DNA from: Planctomycetota bacterium
Lineage (GTDB): Bacteria; Planctomycetota; UBA1135; UBA2386
Assembly (NCBI GenBank): GCA_046290465.1
Contig: JBKAGP010000001.1
Location: 2,240,001-2,304,000, forward strand
Length of the DNA stretch: 64,000 nucleotides
Reading direction: 5' to 3'
A program made the position numbers and the translations under genes. The notes beneath the pieces were generated by a model, which saw only the letters and a program-made list of their open reading frames with translations, made no database searches and had not been told where the DNA came from. This document shows, one piece after another, positions 61,418-64,000 of this stretch (position 1 is the stretch's first letter; every line of letters begins with the position of its first letter).

Positions 61418-64000
61418 TTATCGCCCCTGCAGCAGCGCCGCCGCTTCGGCCCGCAGCGCGCGGTCCGGATCCCGCTCCCGCACTTCGGTCAGCGCCACCC
61501 GGCTCGCGGCGACCTCCGACGCATGGGCGGCGAACGCCTGCAGCGCCGTGCGCCGGACCCGCGGGTCGCCATCGGACAGCAGGTCGGTGGCCAGCACCGC
61601 CGCCGGCTCGCTCCACGTCTCGAGCGCGACGAGCCCCTTGGCGGCGCGCAGCCGCACGATCGGCGCCGGATCGCGCCCGAGCGCCAGGATCGTCGGGGTC
61701 GGATCCCCCTGTCCGGCGTCCAGCAGGATGAAGCCGATCCACCGACGCAGTTCGGGGTCGCGGGAGTTCATCCGGCGCGCGACGCGCTCGGCGGCGGGCT
61801 TCGACAGCTGCTGCAGCAGGCGCAGGCCGGCGCCGGCGGTATGCGCGTCGGTCCCGGGGATCGTGCGCACCAGCCACGCAACCTGCTGATCGGCGGGGAT
61901 CTCGCGCATCGCGAGGCTGAGGCCGAGGCCACCGAGGTGGCCGAGCGCGTCCAGCATCGGCTCGCGGGGCCTTTCGGCCAGCAACGGCACGCACGCTTCG
62001 GCGGCGAACTCGGCGCGCGAGCCGGCCGTGCGCATGGCGCGCAGCATCGCGGTCCGCCGCGCTCCACCCGCCTCCAGTTCGCGCACGATGGTCGGCAGCG
62101 CGGCCGGTCCCTGCAGCGTCAGCAGCTCGGTGGCGAAGCCGCGCTGGCCTTCGCTCACGTCGGCGTTCGCCAGCCAGCCACGCAGTTCGTCGAGCACCTC
62201 GGCCGACGGCGGCAGCTGCAGCAGCGGTCGCGACAGGGCGAGCCCGGTCGCGCCGTGCTCGAGCCGTTCGCGCAGCATGCGCACGGGCATCACCTCGACC
62301 AGCAGCGACAGCAGCGAAGGCTTGCGCAGCCGGTCGGCGGTCGGCTTGCGCAACAGGTCGAGCACCAGATCGGCGCGCTGGCGCACGATCGACGCGGTCG
62401 CCGGCAGCGGTCGGCCGGCCGCGGCCGCCTCGAGCACCGACGTCAGCAGTTCGCGCACGTCCTCCTCCGGCACCCGACCGAACGCCTGCTCCATCGCCCG
62501 GGCGAGGCCCGGAGACCTCGACGCGGCGCGCCAGGCCTCGGTGCCCGGCAGCGTGCGCATGCCGCTCTGCCACGCCCCGGCCCACGCGCGCGTCGCGAGC
62601 ACCAGCATGGCGATCCGGCGGCGGGCGGCACCCTCGGTGCGCAGGCCGAGCTGGATCCAGGCCGCCATGCCGGGGTCCCGCGCCAGGTCGCGGCGGTTGT
62701 AGCGGTCGAGCACCGCGAGGTAGTCCGCCTCGGCGAAGTCGTCGTGTTCGTCCCCGAGTGCCGCCACCGCCGGCAACAGCTCCGCACGGCGCTCGGGCAC
62801 CGCCCACTCGGCCTCGATCGCGTCCTTCATCGCCGCGAACTGCGGGTGCGTCGGCTCGATGCCGATCGCGAAGATCGCGCCGGCCGCATCCGAGGCGTGG
62901 TCGGTGCGCAGCGCCGCCACCATGCGCGGCAGGAACTCGCGCCCCGCGGCGCCGAGCAATCCGGCCGCCTTGAGCGCCCACGCGTGGTTGCGCGGATCGT
63001 CGAACGCCGCGCGCACCAGGCCGGCGGCGGGCTCCCCCGCCATCGTCAGCGACAGCATCGTGTTGGCGCGGGAACTGGCCAGCACCTCGCGCCAGGTGTC
63101 CGGATGCTGCGCCAGCGCGCGCGCGCAGCGAACCACGTCCGATGGCGCGAACCCGGCGCGCGTCGGCGCGACCAGGACCGACAAGGCCTGCAGCACGACC
63201 GCCGGTTCCGGTGCCTCGAGCAGCTCGAGCGCACGCTGGCGCGACGGGCGCTGTCCGAGCAGCGCGAGCAGCCGCCGCTGGTGCCGGTTGCCACCGCGCC
63301 GCAGCTGCTGCCGCTGCTGCTGCCAGTCCTTGGCGGCGAGCCGCTGCAGCTCCGCGAACGCCGTCGAGCGCGCCCCGACCTCGTCGCTGCCGAGCCTCGC
63401 CAGCAACTGCTGCAGACGCTGGCGCGCGTCGGCCTCGACCTCGGCGAGGGCCGGAATGTCCTCGGCGTCGACGATGCCCTTCTCGAGCAGGATCTTGCGC
63501 AGCAGCGGGTTGCGGGCCGCCCTCTCGAGCAACGCGGCGTTCGGCCGCTGCCGCTCCGGGGCCTTCGCCCGCGGCTCGTCGACGGCCAGCGCGGTGCCCT
63601 GCCAGAGCTGCTCGCCGTGGCCGAGGAACCGCGCGTTGCCCAGCACCCGCCGGCACAGCTGCTCGTCGGCGCGCCCGGCGTCGAAGTCGCTGCGCAGGTT
63701 GCGGCGCAGCCAGCCCGTCCACCGCCCCCGGTTCGCCAACCTGACGATCGCCGCCTCCTCCGCCGGGGTGACGCGCGCGGTGGTCCGGCGCAGCAGGCCG
63801 TAGGCCGCGAGCACGCGGCGGTCGTCGCGGTCGCGAACCAGCCCCGCGAGCGGGGCCTCGTCGTCGCCGCGCATCCGCGGCAACAGCTGCGCGACCTCGT
63901 GGCGCACGGTCGCAGCAGAATCCGAGGCCATCGCCGCGATCTTGGCGATGCCGGCCTCGTCGGTGCCGACCACCGCCGACAGCTGCACCGCGAACGTGCG
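61418..64000 (-). CDS. Large HEAT-repeat protein; 5' end lies outside the window
   Basis: Repeated helical motifs (DPAPIVRLRAAKGL, DGDPRVRRTALQA); frame open at the window edge. Confidence 0.75.
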   Translation of the reverse strand, partial: RTFAVQLSAVVGTDEAGIAKIAAMASDSAATVRHEVAQLLPRMRGDDEAPLAGLVRDRDDRRVLAAYGLLRRTTARVTPAEEAAIVRLANRGRWTGWLRRNLRSDFDAGRADEQLCRRVLGNARFLGHGEQLWQGTALAVDEPRAKAPERQRPNAALLERAARNPLLRKILLEKGIVDAEDIPALAEVEADARQRLQQLLARLGSDEVGARSTAFAELQRLAAKDWQQQRQQLRRGGNRHQRRLLALLGQRPSRQRALELLEAPEPAVVLQALSVLVAPTRAGFAPSDVVRCARALAQHPDTWREVLASSRANTMLSLTMAGEPAAGLVRAAFDDPRNHAWALKAAGLLGAAGREFLPRMVAALRTDHASDAAGAIFAIGIEPTHPQFAAMKDAIEAEWAVPERRAELLPAVAALGDEHDDFAEADYLAVLDRYNRRDLARDPGMAAWIQLGLRTEGAARRRIAMLVLATRAWAGAWQSGMRTLPGTEAWRAASRSPGLARAMEQAFGRVPEEDVRELLTSVLEAAAAGRPLPATASIVRQRADLVLDLLRKPTADRLRKPSLLSLLVEVMPVRMLRERLEHGATGLALSRPLLQLPPSAEVLDELRGWLANADVSEGQRGFATELLTLQGPAALPTIVRELEAGGARRTAMLRAMRTAGSRAEFAAEACVPLLAERPREPMLDALGHLGGLGLSLAMREIPADQQVAWLVRTIPGTDAHTAGAGLRLLQQLSKPAAERVARRMNSRDPELRRWIGFILLDAGQGDPTPTILALGRDPAPIVRLRAAKGLVALETWSEPAAVLATDLLSDGDPRVRRTALQAFAAHASEVAASRVALTEVRERDPDRALRAEAAALLQGR

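Overview
Very GC-rich bacterial chromosomal segment, probably Planctomycetota. This is inferred from mcsA-mcsB-clpC without ctsR, DUF1570/DUF6677-like proteins, HEAT-VWA proteins and an ECF sigma factor fused to a membrane anchor and extracellular domains. About 48 protein genes and one tRNA-Ser(GCT). Housekeeping and transport genes: murD, mcsA, mcsB, clpC, dprA, fbaB, tex, an enoyl-CoA hydratase, an ABC-2 transporter, a MacAB-like efflux operon, an SLC13/TrkA-C permease and a di-heme peroxidase. Most notable: (1) a five-gene signalling unit (soluble His kinase, NarL-type regulator, Rab-like small GTPase, coiled-coil protein, membrane BON-like protein) divergent from an outer-membrane beta-barrel gene; (2) a compositionally distinct block with a 1381-aa secreted hydrolase/propeller protein followed by two tandem 423-aa paralogs that are nearly identical except for one 198-bp segment; (3) a C-terminal domain that appears shared by unrelated secreted proteins, plus an orphan relic of it; (4) repeated duplications of gene 3' ends. 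There are two stop-codon anomalies (clpC lacks its expected stop; a spermidine-synthase-like gene has an in-frame TAA), which may be assembly errors. No CRISPR array, integrase or transposase was seen. Family assignments come from motif recognition, not database searches.
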